Source: Phoronis australis | Lineage: Eukaryota > Animalia > Phoronida | Length of the DNA stretch: 64,000 bases | Assembly (NCBI GenBank): GCA_002633005.1 | Contig: NMRA01001002.1 | Span: 9,124-73,123 of the forward strand | Reading direction: 5' to 3' | Shown: in pieces, positions 1 through 13,799 of the stretch | How positions within the stretch are numbered: the first letter of the stretch is position 1 | How the letters are laid out: every line of letters starts with the position of its first letter | Translations under genes and position numbers: made by a program | The notes under the pieces: model-generated | Seen by the model: the letters and a program-made list of their open reading frames with translations, nothing else | Databases searched by the model: none | What the model was told of the DNA's origin: nothing

Positions 1-299
1 GTGGAAAAATCCTTACACGATGTTTTTATTTAAAGGATAATAAAACCTTCCTCCATTTTGATTGGCTCATACTTGAAACATCACTCGCTGTTTAACCAAT
101 CAAGCATCACATCATTCTTACCTTGAACTATTTTCTCGGCGTTATGCCTTCCAACGCTTCGTAAATTTTGCCACTAGTTCGAACTTGTCACCCAAACGTG
201 AACCCCTCTACTGCCAAACGCACGCGCTAAACTTTATAGGCCTACAGTATGTGCTGCGCTAGATAAGTTGGTCATGTTGGCAGAGTGCTTTATTGGGAA

Positions 300-1990
300 A
301 CGTGGAGCAAAGAAATATGTAATTCTGAGCCGGTTCAAAATGCATCAAGAAAAGGCAAGTCATGGTGTTTGTGGGAATTAGTGACACCAAAATTGAAAAT
401 TATAGATTTTATATTATAATGTAAACATTGGGAAGCGTACAAAGCTTTGGTTTATTTATAGTCAAGGTTGAATGTTGAATGAGTTTCATACACTTGAGCT
501 TATTCACGATTTCTGTCATCGCTCAAATGAGAATTTTATCGGATCATTTAGCTTCTAGGACTAGTTCGTGGTTCGATCTGTGCACACTCGACAATTTAGC
601 AACTATCTTGAATACAATTAACGGAGATGCTATTGAGGAGACTGCACATAGGCCAGTGACTATCCACAAAGGATCGAAGGTTGACGCGATGCCCCTTTTA
701 AATTTTGTTAATACGGTTAAGCCAACCTTACTATGTAGAGTAATGGACACGATTATGTTATACTTTGACAGACGAACACTTCATTGAACGAGCTGGCGTT
801 AAGCGGCCGTTCGACTAACTCAGTGTATTCCTTCCAGAATAGTGTGCAATTGATTATTCTAAAATAAGGATTCAGATTTTTAGAAATTGTTTAATGCTAT
901 GAAGCAGCACAACAACAACGATCTATCATTTCGGGGCTTGCTGTTTGTTGTGGCTATTAGAATTTTATTGCCATTTACGTAAGGACTCAACTTGCAACAT
1001 TATTTCGTCGCCGATCCTGCAAGAGGGTTGGCTGGATTTATATTTTTAGTATTATCTTATGGAAGACCTCTTGGAAATTTCTTATTGATTGAAAATCCCC
1101 CAAATTTCAGAAAGTGTATAATATTTATTTAAATCACATGACAGCGTTTTCCCTTTCAGTGACTTAACGAGATGTAGGGAATTCTGAGCGTGTGATAAGA
1201 TCTAGCTTCTTTGTTAACTGCCAAGCACAGTGTTTTGTCTGTTATGTCAACAAGCCGGTCAGTTATCTACCAGACCAAGTGTGAAAACTGTCAGACTCAG
1301 AGTGAATTGGGGTATTCGGAAAGAATAGATTGTCGTAACTTCGGTTGCAGTTAGACGATTTTGGTCACTCAACAACTAAACATTGTCACCATTAAACGAA
1401 GATTTCAGAAGTGCTTTTGATTTAGGTTCAACTTTTATTTTTAACAGCACAGCACATCAAGGTAGATACGATCTTATTGGGGATTAGTACATTTATCGAA
1501 CAAAATACAGGTGGCCCTCCAACTATTAATGTCAGAATGGAGTTAATCAGTCGTATAAGATATTGGATACATGGGGTTACCTTCTCAACTTGTTGGCCTT
1601 AAAGAAATTCTTGGTTGAGGTTCAGTAAGTCTATGCTAGGAATATTTGTCTACCGGGCTGAACAACGAAATCCAAATTCTGAAATTTAATTCAGACAGAT
1701 AACTTAAATTTTAAAGAGCAGAAGATGAACTCAATGTTTATGAATTGCAAATGTCGGTCCAAAATTGATATTTTCGAACTAGGCGAAGAGGTTTTCCACA
1801 CTTTTCACAGACTAGTTTGGTGGGATGATATACCCTTGACTGCAGCCAGTTCCAACATGCTATTTTGTGCGTTCTTACTATTAGAATTCAATGTTGACCT
1901 GTTATCCAGATATCGTACTTTGTAAATGAAATCATCATTAATTTAACAGTAACTGGAAACGTCTCAGAATTTCACTACAATCAAGGCTTC
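300..1990 (-). pseudogene. Possible heavily decayed leucine-rich-repeat (LRR) coding sequence; paralog at about 38850-39850
   Basis: Minus-strand fragments that need frameshifts to read: (N)LKILILENNQLHTILEG (paralog LKSLFSNDQVHTIP), YVNGNKI, KLCTLPNVY, ANMTNL, KLDL. These resemble LxxLxLxxNxL. No intact ORF. Confidence 0.3.
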
Positions 1991-3778
1991 GTGTACACAG
2001 ACAGACGAAGCAGTGTTTCGGAGAATGACGTGATGTCCTGGCGTGAGCAGCTTATGTCACGTGATGTATGTTCAGACTGTACTGTGTTTTGTTTTATTTT
2101 AGTAAAGCATCACATATATTAAATACCTTTTATAGTTTTATCTTTTTTCTTATGGTCACATAAGTAGTATCAGATGGTGGAGTTGGAAATCACTTGACGT
2201 TATCAGATAAGATAGGGTGGCACCGTCCCCCAATCGGATGGTACGACACTAAAAAGACTACAAATATGCTATTTCGAGTTCAACTGATCGAGAGCGGAAA
2301 CAAATTTGTGATTACGACGCGTCTTCCAAAAACCGACAATGCATATATTCCGTCAAAAATGATCAGGGTATAACCACCTTACTTAACAACAGATGTCGCG
2401 TATACTTATTCCAACTACCGACGGTACTAAACTAATAATACCAATAATAAGATACAGTGAAAACCTAAAGTAAAACATAAACTTTATATTTTAAACGTGT
2501 ATTAGTAACAAAGTACTTTCGAATACACTACCTAAGTCATCCAGACGTTCTGACACCATCATCCGTACGGCTATTAAGTTATTAATTGCCTGCGCGCTTC
2601 ATCTTAATTGTGTACTGGATTACTTAAGCTAGTTTTGTTATATAATTTTCCCATAAAGTCTGGACTGACACGTATCTTATCTTATGCAGGGTCAATTGAA
2701 ACATATTATAATAATTGTAATGATAGTCACCTGCTTTAATAAGATGCCAGATCCTTTCAATACTTTCGACAAGCATATGCCTTTATTTGTACTAGTTGCA
2801 TTGCGTGCATTTTGAACCAACATATACATGCATGCCTCGTCAATTATTTGTCATGTGTAATCTAAATATGATACACAATATGTAGATCAGAAACACCTCA
2901 TGCCGAAGATATTAGGAAATTGAAAAGAAATTTGACCAACTTGAACACGATTCTTGAATGTATAAATGTTCGCTGGATATCATCGAACTAAAATGGATTT
3001 GTAACGTATATTGATTTGTTTTCTTACAATTTTTTATGTTTAAGTTGCATACATCTATTCATTTTAAACTCTGAAGAAACTTCGCATACTAAGAGTTGAC
3101 TATTTTCCGCAGAAGTCTGGAAAAAAGACTTTTTCTATCTCGGTGATATATATAGGTGTATAGTGATAAATTTAGAGAGAAGTTGGCGCCGAAAGCCCAC
3201 TGTGTCACCTTAACCACTGAACGTAACTTACGGTGCGCAGGCGTTAGAGTCACATGGAAAAAGGTGCTTGGCTGCGCCTACGTGCGCCTATGCCCTACTA
3301 CATCACTGGATATATATTTCGCTAACTGGAACCTTTAATTGTTACTCAGCTGATGCTTACTTTCACGTTGACGTAAAATTGCGAAACCCATGTTTGTTAC
3401 TGTAACGTGAATCCACACGCGCAATTGTGTGCGCGTCATAATTCACGTTCACGTCACTTAGCCAAACATCTTTATCGCATGTTTACACGTTAACCAAAAC
3501 ATGTACATTTGCGTCTGTTCAAAGAGACACTGTGAAATGGTCAAAAATCGGAAGAGATTCCTAGCGTAGGTGCAAAATACTTGTCAAGTGTGCTACCACT
3601 ACATGTACAAGTAACAAAATTCGGCAATTCCATTAGGCACTATCGTTTTAACCTGGTATATTTCTCTTCATTTTCTTTGTATAGGAGCTTGATCAAACTG
3701 GTTTGACCTTGTAGACGTCCAACGCAATGTTTACTGAGGCTTCGTGGCGATCGTTGCCAAAATCATTCTATTGCACTA

Positions 3779-3940
3779 TCCAGAAAACTGATAGCATGGA
3801 ATATAAATTCGTACCTCCGACATAGAATTTCGAGAAATGTTTCGTTTCTTTATGGCAATTGTTGTTAAAGTCAACCTACTTCAATATCCACAAAACTGAT
3901 AGCATGGAAGCTAAATTCGTTCCGCCGATATAAAATTTCA
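3779..3940 (+). repeat. Short direct repeat, two copies about 110 bp apart
   Basis: aaaactgatagcatggaa..taaattcgt occurs at about 3785 and about 3892. Confidence 0.7.
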
Positions 3941-4626
3941 AAAAAAATCAGTTTGATAAGAATAAACAAACTGTTACATGAACGGTAAGCTACAACCTAT
4001 TGAAAGGCTTTATTATTGTTAATTGTATTACAAAGCCTCATCGATTTGCGTTTCAAAAAATTTTATAAAAAATTGCCACAAAGGCGAATGCGGGATATGT
4101 GATGTCTATTCTTTAATCAGTGTTCATCATGCCTCCTAGCTTGCTGTTACAATCAAAAAGTATATCATGCTTGATAACCGTCATTTGCTTTGAGTACACA
4201 TGTAACGTGAAAACTGTAATGGCCCTGTCGTGCATAACGATTCCATTCAAGTTATTGTGAAAAACTAGCTTGAAAACCTAGATTATGCTCATCATTATTC
4301 GAAAACTTACGGCCTTTTCATTAAGGTGGCTTTATAAAACAATGTTTAAGACTTAAACCTGGTCTTCCTAAACCTGGTCAAAGTTTAGACCTACCTGTAA
4401 CTTGAATTTCACCAACATGGTTTAAAGTATGAAAGCCTGATTTTGTTAGACTAGTGGGCCGGTTTAGTAAAACCAGGTTTAACGACTCTAAGTGACCCTA
4501 CTGTGTCGATCTGGATTAACCCAACAAAGCCATATGCGGATTTAGGGGGGCAGGGGGCCCGGGCCCCTCCCCCTTGGCTGCCCCAACAAGATGAAACGCA
4601 ACAATGCGCAGCGTGAGGTAATATTT

Positions 4627-7600
4627 TAGTCGGTGGGCCAGATCTCATAGCGTTCATCCTTGTGAGTACTTAGGGGGGCAACCTAGTTTTTTTCTATGTG
4701 GCTAGATAATATACCTATAAATCAAATTCCAAAAAGTTCCCACGTATACACTTGCACATGTTTTTAAAGAAGGTGTTTTTGTTGCACAAAATATGATGCA
4801 CATTCCTGCCACTTGGTGGTGCTTTTCTATTGAATTGACCAATCAGAGAGCCAGATTGTATTGTTGTGCTTAGTTACTTCAATATGGCTGCTCCCATGGA
4901 CTGTGATGCCTGTATTATTAAGGTTTATCAAACAGCACAAAATTGTGATGTCAGAGCCTAAAGAGGCCTAGGAAAGCTTCATGACTAAAGCTGATGGACA
5001 GTGGAACTCTGTAGATCAGTAGATCAAAAAGAAGAAGAGGTGTCACAAACGTTCGTGCAGAACTCAAGCTGCATGTCCTGGTGTAGCCTACACAGTATAC
5101 TGCTGAGTGAGTGCTGTAGACTAGAAGACCATCTGTCAGACAAAAAAATTGAAAGGACATAGAACGGCATAGCAACGTTTCAAGGCACCAACAGTAGTAA
5201 TAAAGCTGAAGTTGCTGAAAGTGATACAGATGTTATCCATGATTTCCCAAGAAAATCAATTATACTTCCAAAATATGAAACACCCAATTAACCTGAACAA
5301 GATAGGAACATTCTGAAACATGAGTGCATCATTTGTTAGCAGGAAAAGTATACTATGGACCATATTTCAAGAAAGAGAAAGAAGTTTAGCTCTTAAAAAC
5401 AGGTACGTGTTTTTGAAAAGTACATCTTATTGTTTTCCATGTGTGTTTCAGTATTATCTGTCACCAGTTGTTTTTTTAACTTGTTCAGCACCTTGGCTGC
5501 CTAGGCCTTAGACAATACCTCTGACCCAGTAGAGACGATGATCATACCATAGGTACTCCATATGCAGCATGCTTTTCGGCAAATTATGTCCCTATAAGTT
5601 TAGAAGTACGTCGTAGAGAGATGCCTCTGAGGAGGTTGTTAATGTTTTCATTTGTTCCCAGTTTAAACAAATATTCCTGCAATCCTGTTTTTCGAGCACT
5701 CCATTGTTCAGTTGCCACATCGACACTGCTTGCGCTAAGGGATATTTCTATGGCGTTTTACTGTGGGTGTGATTTTAGAACACTTAAAGTCAAAAATTTT
5801 TGAGAAGGTTAAATGGAGTAGATGGTTGCAAACAACATGCCCAAGTGGCCGTCATACCCTGCCGTAGTCCTGGGATAGGGGGAACCTCTTCTCAATTTTT
5901 TGTAAACATTAATTACTTTGGTAGCTGCAATAATTAAATTAAAGTGCCTAAGTGGCCATCGTCGCCCTCGAAATTTGAGGACGATGAAAGCCACTGTCCA
6001 TTTCGTCAAACGTTGATTACCTTAAGTGTAAATCGATTGACTATGGTTTGAACATCTAATTAAAAAAAATTAAATTTCAATCACTGTACTGGTATATCAG
6101 CTGATTTATTTTCAGTTGCATCAACTAATCTAATTATTAGACGAGATAACATTTTTAGGCTACAGATCAGACGGCATGTAAATTTTTTAGGCTGGTGGTG
6201 GATCAGTTCTTGATAAGTTCGTCTGAAAAAGTTTCATGCCAACTCACTCATAGTTGAATGTTAAATTAGTGTTAACAGTTCGGGTTTTTTTTTCAGTTGG
6301 ACTTGTATCGCAAGCAACAGCTCAGTCCAGAGCCCTGAATATGCAAATAGAATTCAAAGATAAAGACCTTGTGTCTTAGAAGCCAAGTATCACAGATCAT
6401 CATGCTATAAAAATAGAAAGACAACGATTGTGAAGAGTGACGAATCCACAGTTTTCAGAGAATTGTTTTTCTACAGTTTTGTTTGGAGTCCATTGAATCA
6501 AAGCTTCTAACACAAGGAGATGTCATTTGCCTTTCAAAACAAAAGCAAGACTTTGAAGCTGTTCTTCAGAAAGCTGGTGTGCATGAAGTTATTTGGACAA
6601 GTTATCTTAAAAAATATTGTTGAAGCTACTCACTGTTGTAGTTTGTGCCCGACTAAGAGATACGAAAGTGAATTGAGGCTAGTGTTCAATAATTCACTTG
6701 CTGACTATAATTAACACAGCCCATTATAGCATATTTTGAATCAAACGTTTGCCCAAATCCTGCCCGCCTCCAAACAAGGACTTAGTGTTTGACCCTTCAT
6801 TGCCTGCGGGCCAATCACCAGTGTGCAGTGCTGAACCCTCTCTAATCGACCATAGTTGGCTCCTTGGCAGTGGAGCTTAGCAGTTAAAATGTATGGCAGC
6901 CGCAATGACCGCATCTCCATTGACAGTACTAAATGATGAACGCTGCAAGTGCAAAAAGAACATGTGTGCTGGGAAACTGAGTTTGTGCTGCAATGCTGGG
7001 TCAAACTGTACAGAAATGTGCAGCTGTGACAACTGTAGTAACATCAGCAACACTGACTGCATAACATTGGATAGTTCTTTGACAAGTCAACCCTAAATAG
7101 ACATCCAACCCCGTTATTTCGTTTTTTGTATCAAAAAGTTAATTTTATTTGTTGATTAAGTCATAGAAAGTACATACTTTGATCATTATCATGTATTTGT
7201 CTCATACTGCTTGATAAACGCTGTCAGAATAATCTATTATTTTCATACAGTCTGTGTGCACATTCACAGAGATCATTCAAATATATTGTTTTTGTACTGT
7301 AACGTATTTCTGGTGTATTATGGAAACAAGCAGTATTTTACACCATTAGTCAATGTTTTAGTCATTGAGGCACAGATTTTTCCCAGTCTCAAGTGTTTTG
7401 TGTTATTTTTGTTGCCAGACAATGCCAGGATAACTTCCTTGTAACATTCAGACTTAGTTTGCATTTTTGCCACTAGGTGTCTCTTTACATTTTTTAAATT
7501 TCACTGTTTACAATTAATCTACAATAGTAAAACATGTAATGTGAGTGTAATATTGCTCAATACAATGGCACTGATGGACCATATTACTTGTTTTACAAAA

Positions 7601-7831
7601 AGTCACCAAAACTGTTGTTTTTACAAATATAAGTTTACTAAGCTCTTTGATGATTATTAGGTAACTTCAAACTCAAATTTCTCAAAAATATGCAACTTTA
7701 TATGTGGGAACTTTTTAGATTTTGAAAACACTCTAAGAAATGAATTAAAAAACACCAAAATAAAATTGCCCTCCTAAAGTACTCACAAAAACCATTTTCT
7801 AGAGGCCCTACAAATTCTGGCCCACCGACTA
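4627..7831 (+). mobile_element. Academ (AcademX-type) DNA transposon relic
   Basis: TIR TAGTCGGTGGGCCAGA / TCTGGCCCACCGACTA, plus further inverted similarity (tgtgagtact..aggg; aaaaagttcccac). TTT on both flanks (3-bp TSD). Internal remnants: SFAFQNKSK (XPG-like), LTLHCLRANHQCAV and a Cys-rich C-terminus. Confidence 0.75.
6500..7096 (+). pseudogene. Academ transposase C-terminal remnant (XPG-like segment plus Cys8/CXC-like finger)
   Basis: ORF 6893-7096 reads MTASPLTVLNDERCKCKKNMCAGKLSLCCNAGSNCTEMCSCDNCSN. An upstream frame contains LHCLRANHQCAV. Frameshifts and stops are present. Confidence 0.7.
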
Positions 7832-9440
7832 TTTAGGTCAGTGAGTAAAATCAGAGGATGAGGGGGGCTCAAGACACCTCAGATCGCGGGAAAATTGTGT
7901 TCCCGTTTTTTTTTTATTCCACCGATAGGTTTTGCAAAGTGGAAGTGCACGTTCTAGGCCACCGCAACTTTCGGGCCGACAATTGCGCCTCAACCAATTT
8001 CTCGAGACAACATATTGCCCCCCTTATGTTATCCTAGATCCGCCACTGAAATAAACTATTGGAGTGCTCCAATGAATCCCTGATCACTCAGGTATAACAT
8101 GACACACACTATTAGAATCAGGGCAAACTATTACGAAAAAAGTCTGAAAGTTTTAAATTTCTAGTGAGGAAAAATGTAATGTTTGTGCAAAACACACATT
8201 AAAGTACATGCTCACAATTAGACGTCACATGAAAAATGCCCAAGTTTATTTCCTGGTCATTATAGTTATTATTTTTCGCGGTCAAAGGGGGAGCATGACC
8301 CCTCCCTGGCAAAAATAAATCAGCATTGGAATTGAAACTCAGTCAGAAGAATAAGAAGATGTTGTGTTCAATCAAACCCGTAACGGTTACGACTCTGACG
8401 CTAAGCTCGACCAGTCGCATTGTGAGGAATCCACAGGACATCCAGTGCATCCAAGGGGTCTGGAAGCGCTCTTTTCCTTTGATCATAGTGATATCAAATC
8501 TATAATTTTCAAAGTATGATTTGGTCAGCCCTTTAAAAACTCCTTGACCAACACCCCTTTTAAAAATCCAGGATTCCCCTTTGCTACGTTTGACCTTGTG
8601 TCGCCGTTAAACGGAATGTTTTTCTCTAAAACTGCGTCGTACATGCACAATGCGACATCATTGAGTTGTGCATGTACATGTATGGGGCTAGTCTGGCTTA
8701 TCTAACAGTTAAACCTGTGTCTGACCAAGTCTAAAGTTAAACTTGGTTAACGATCTTAATGTCGGGATAAAGAATATAGACCTCGTTGGTGAAATAAATA
8801 CTGACTTAAACCAGGTCTAAACTGGAGTGAAATCACATTTTACTAGACCACTGGTCTAAAAGTAAAACCACCTTTATGACAAGCAGATTTTCTTTAAACC
8901 TCTTCTAAGTCCAAATTAAACCAGGCTGCGCTTGAAACCAATGAAATCGGCTGTTAATGTTCAGAAACCCGTGGTATAACCGCAAGACAGTGTTCTGTAA
9001 CCATAACGAGCGCTTCGGCCACAGTCAGACGTAACAATTCATAATTTTCCGTACCACATTGTAAAAATACGTATAGAATTTCCCTCCAAATGGGACCATC
9101 CTATTTTCTCAAATTGTTTCAGGAACTGCACCTGTTTTTCACATGTCTTAAACCATGCAGGCGTCTGCAATGAATATTAAGTTTCTTACCAAATACAATC
9201 ACTCACCACTGTTGTGTGTACATGTGATGCGAAAGCGATTATTGTGTCTGCGCTCATCTTATGTTGTTATATATTCATTACAATGATTAAAATCAGCAAA
9301 TGAAAGTGTAGTACACTGTACATGTTCGCACGCAGCAGCAAGGGATGGGTTTGCTCAGTTTGAATTTTGGGTGTAATAACAACAACACATGTTGAGACAG
9401 TAGTGCTAGGTATTACCTTTCCACTTCATTTGATCAGATA

Positions 9441-10415
9441 AAACTGAAACAAATTCTCTTTTATTAGATGCAATGTGTAATGCCTTTGGAGTGTTCGTGA
9501 GTGCAAATGATTTGAGAAGCCAGCAAAGAATAAGTCACTGCGTTACCGGCTTTAAGTGCAATAAACTAATTGACGGCTGATTCAAAATAATCTCACTCTT
9601 AACGTTAGTAAAACCAAGGCGATGCTGTTTGGAACTCGTTTTTACCATTATTTGTCATTTAGTTATTGTCTTAATTCTCAACCTTACCTGTTTTAATTGT
9701 ATCTTTGTTACGATATTTCATTGTTGTTTTATTACTTCATTGTATTATATTACTGTTTTTCTTGTTGAGGGCCCTCTTGGAAAGCAGTGCTATCACTGAA
9801 GAGGCCACCCTCATTTTAAATATCACAATAATAAAATAAAATACACCGAGGTCGTGTGAGCTCATGCTAATTTAGTGTTTGCTGGCAGAAACTGTTGTGA
9901 TAGAGGAATCTTTATATACATTTGCATTACCCAAATACATGTAATGATTGTCAATGGTCATGTACAACTTCTGCCCTGACGGTGCTGTGGCCAAAGCGGA
10001 ACCCGAATTCGCGGCCCCCGACGAGTAAGTAGATTTGCAGAAAACTCCTGCCATACGGACCTTATTGGCCTGGCGTACTTTATAGGCTACTGTGTGTCCA
10101 AATACCAATAGATCCGTAAGAGCGAAATAAAACAACACGTTTTTATAAGAACCCGGTGTATTTTTAAGGGTTTTACATCGAAGTTTGAGGATTTATAGAC
10201 GTTAGACGATGACTTCAAGCGATAAGCTGACACCAGTACCCTGTGTTGTGAACTGCTAAACAGACTGCCTGTGAAACCGATGACGTCATTGGATAATTTC
10301 AGCACCTCTGTCTGCCCTCAGGTGTCGGGTAACGGAAACTTACGTGTCGTTATGGAGTAGAGCTACTCGATCTAAATTGATACAAATTAGATTGTTTTTT
10401 GGGTGGCATGCTCCT
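9441..10415. mobile_element. Partial copy (right end) of the Kolobok-type element at 58224-59910
   Basis: Colinear similarity to about 58845-59910. Ends gggtggcatgctcct followed by TTAA. Confidence 0.8.
9576..9843 (+). mobile_element. Short L2/CR1-group LINE fragment with 3' tail, inserted in the Kolobok copy
   Basis: Encodes NNLTLNVSKTKAMLFGT (RT motif). Hairpin gagggccctctt...aagaggccaccctc and an AAATA-rich tail. Absent from the 58.9 kb copy. Confidence 0.65.
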
Positions 10416-11294
10416 TTAAATTGACACAAAACCTACGACACCATTAGGCCAGTAGTAGCACAACTGCTAATGATAATATAGTATACCGTATACATGACGG
10501 GTCGTGTGCGTTATGTTGACTTGCGCGATATGCAGATGACGTATGCAACGTGTGTGTTCATGACGCCATCTGCAAACGGGCTGCATGTTCGTGGATCAGC
10601 ACCAGAAGCGTGCACGAGGTAAGTAGACTGAACTTTCGCCGAATTCCTTTTACTGACAATGCAACATAATACTCTCTGCTTTAGTTATCAGTACAGTGAA
10701 TACTTCTGAATTAGTACCGTAATTGTGCTGATCACGATTGCGCAGTTTGAACAACTGTTCGCCAGCACAAAGTTGTTAATGTAGGTGATGTCACTGAAAA
10801 AAATTCAGATTCTGCCTTCTCTTGTCTTGTTTATTTGCTCGAACCCGAATTTGAATCTGGCCTGCATTGGAACGGCTTTATCACTCTAACACAGGAATTA
10901 GTTTCTAGGCCGAACTGTAATAAGCAATTTCTGTAGTTTCTTTGGTCGTGGATATTGTGTGTGTAAGTGTCCAGGATTTCTTATGAATAAGTATTGAGAT
11001 GGAACTTTTATACGAAATTGAGTTTTGACCAGGGGATACTCTCCTACATTTTTAATTGATTTTATTTCGTTTCTTGGTGGGTTTAGGCACTGGTATTATG
11101 CTTATTTTTTAATGTTTTTATCAACTGGCCAGGCCACTTGGATGGCTTGGTTCCGGCTGGTTTCAACTTTTTTCTGTGTAGCTATTTCTATTTGTATGAT
11201 TTACTTCGTTAATTAGACTATACAAATGAGCTTAAACTATGAACACTTGGACAAGTTGCTTTCTGAGATCGGCTCTTCTCTGATAAGAAATATT

Positions 11295-12670
11295 CAAGAA
11301 TCTTGTGCTCAGGGAAGACCGACTTTAAGGACAAGATAGCCAGTATTGTCAGTTAAAGTGGTTCGTTGTGCAGAACGCCCGTCGTCTGAGTGTTCCTGAG
11401 ATGAATGTTGCTGACACCCCGTCTTTTCCAAGGGAAGATAAGAAAATAGTACATCTGTTAAAAGTCTGCAATAGCAGTTTTCGTTCGATCATCACGAAAT
11501 TAACACATAACACGTAGTTCCGGAAGTACTGGAAGCCTATTTTTGTTCGTTTTACTCGGATCTAATATAGCGGCTCTGGCGGCCATTTTGTTTTCATTTT
11601 AAGATTCAAAGTCTTATGTAGGCTACATTTTTACGTACACGGCTGAAAATCGGCACAGTCATTGGAGTGAATGTGCCCTAAAATTATCTTGGAAATTGTT
11701 TGCTTTCGTTCAAAGATGGCGGAAATATTGGCAATCACGCATGCGCACGTCTATTTCGGAAAAAAACGTTTTCTACTGTAAAGAGCCCATTAGAGTGCCA
11801 ATTCCTTAAACTTTTTGCAGATGATAGTTTCTTATGACCTGCTATTATACAATGCCAAAAAACCGTAAAGTGCTACCAAGATGGCGGATCTGGAGCATGT
11901 TGACCCATTTCCAGTCCTGCTGGAGTAACATTTTAAACGGCAACAGAGAATGACGCTATTTTTTGCATGAGCATTATTTTAAGTATACACTTTCAAATGA
12001 ACTCAACAATTTTTTTCTCAAATTTACCGTTTTGATTTATTTGACTTTTAATCTCTTGCTACAACTATACCGGAAATTGTTTACTTCCTGAAAATTAGTA
12101 CGATCATTATAGCATACAAGCACTACTATTGTGCCGTAAATCTTTAATTTCGGGGCAAAGATGGCGGAAATATCGGCAATGGCGCATGCGCACCTCGATA
12201 ACTGGCCGAAAACGTTCTCTCCTGTAGAGGGCGCATTGGCGAACCAATCATTTACAAACGGGTGTTTGTTGCTTTTAATCAGCGTTTATAAAGTTGTGTT
12301 AAGCCGGAAGTGATTTTCAAGATGGCGGTCTGACGTATTTTCTTCCATTTTCGATGGATCTGCAGTCGCATTTTGAACGGGAGAAGCAAATGACGTGCAG
12401 TTTTGCATCTGAATTCCTAAAAGTATGCTCTTTTAAAATTTTGCGATAACATATTTCTCAGCCTTACCATTTTCGAGTAATATGACTTTAAATTTCAAAA
12501 AAAAACGTAAAATTTCATTTGTTTCGAAATATTCATGGAATGTTGCGAAACTGCCAGGTGACATAGAGTTTTGAACGGACTTTCAGAAGGTATTTCAGTT
12601 TGTCGCTAGGACGTCTACTTTTTGAATTATTCGAGTTTCTGAAAACGCTGTTCCTTAGTTGACCGATTTT
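11295..12670. repeat. Probable non-autonomous element with two internal units of about 445 bp
   Basis: aagatggcggaaatat.ggcaat..cgcatgcgcac at about 11712 and 12158; caagatggcgg at about 11877 and 12318. Outer boundaries approximate. Confidence 0.55.
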
Positions 12671-13027
12671 GCTGTTCGCCAAGTGTCGCTCCAGACTGTA
12701 GCCTATTTATTGATTCCTCTCATCTTGTCTAGTCACATGAGTGTTATAGAGAATAGGTGGCGTTTTCGTAGTGTTGCCACGCTTGAAGTTTGTCTCTCCC
12801 TAATTTGGTGTTTTATGCACTCGTAACCTGGTTTATGCACTTTAATTGCTATCAAGCCAGAAAGACTTTGTTTTGTGGATGTGCTCTTTGGTGAGTTAAG
12901 TCCCATGCGTGTGTCTGTTATCTGTTACTGCAAACTTTGAGATGTCGCCCTGTCATTGCTGAAAGAGCGGTCGGACATTTTGATATTCTCGACCTACATT
13001 GATTGTGAAGCTCTTGTTATGTAATTG

Positions 13028-13779
13028 ATGTCTCACCAGGCCTCCCAAGAACACTCCAACCAGTAGTAGGCCACAAACCCGGGGTTTCACGTCTTACCTA
13101 ACTCAACGGACCACTCTACGTCTGAAATTTCTAACAAGGAGCTATTGAATCTCTTGAATAATAAATTTGAGAACTTGAAATCAGATATATTTAAAGAACT
13201 AGATGCTCTGCGACAAGACTACTACGCAACACGAGAGGAAAATCGTCATCTACATGAAAAGGTGAAATACCTTGAGTTTAAATTAGACGACCTAGAGAAT
13301 CGATCATGACGCGACAACTTGATCTTTCAAGGCATACCGGAGGAGAATCACGAATCGTGGGAACAGTCTGAGTCCAAAGTTACCGACTTTTTGAAGGACT
13401 GCCTGGATGTTGGTGTCATAATCGAACAGACTTGGCGGCAAACTGCAAACAATAATCGCCCGATAATCGCAAAATGGGGTATAAAGATAAAGACAAGGTT
13501 GTACAGAATAAGAAGAACAATAACACCGATATCTTCGTCACTCAGGACTTCTCCACACCTGTGAAGAAGGCGAGGCGGCGTCTGTGTGAATTCTCACGTG
13601 GTAAGAACTGGACAAATGCAAAGATTAGGTACGACAAATTAATATATCAAGGTTGTGTTTATGTGTACAATGTGGAGTTAGATGAGGTGACGGAGCACAA
13701 GCCCATGGTTATGGTTTCTGGACAACCCCCGGAAACTGGTGTTTACGGATCTGAAGTGAATGGTGCAGCAGCTTACTAG
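13028..13779 (+). pseudogene. LINE ORF1 remnant (coiled coil plus RRM-like region)
   Basis: LEFKLDDLENRS*RDNLIFQGIPEENHESWEQSE; IFVTQDFSTPVKKARRRL; IRYDKLIY. Confidence 0.75.
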
Positions 13780-13799
13780 CGGTCAGGCCATGGCCCTAC

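Larger units (their letters stand above)
4531..8048. mobile_element. GC-rich MITE (GCGGATTTAGG...GATCCGCCACTG), split by the Academ insertion
   Basis: Absent from the Harbinger-like copies at 36 and 37 kb. An uninterrupted relative lies at about 26725-27028. Confidence 0.65.
4310..8953. mobile_element. Non-autonomous PIF/Harbinger-like element, interrupted by nested insertions
   Basis: Termini cggccttttcat...atgaaatcggctg with TTA on both sides. AAACCAGGTTTAA-type subterminal repeats. Uninterrupted copies at 36015 and 37441. Confidence 0.7.

Noticed and set aside
6893-7096. Metallothionein-like Cys-rich ORF
   Set aside because: It lies inside the Academ TIRs, directly after transposase motifs, so it is better explained as the transposase Cys finger.
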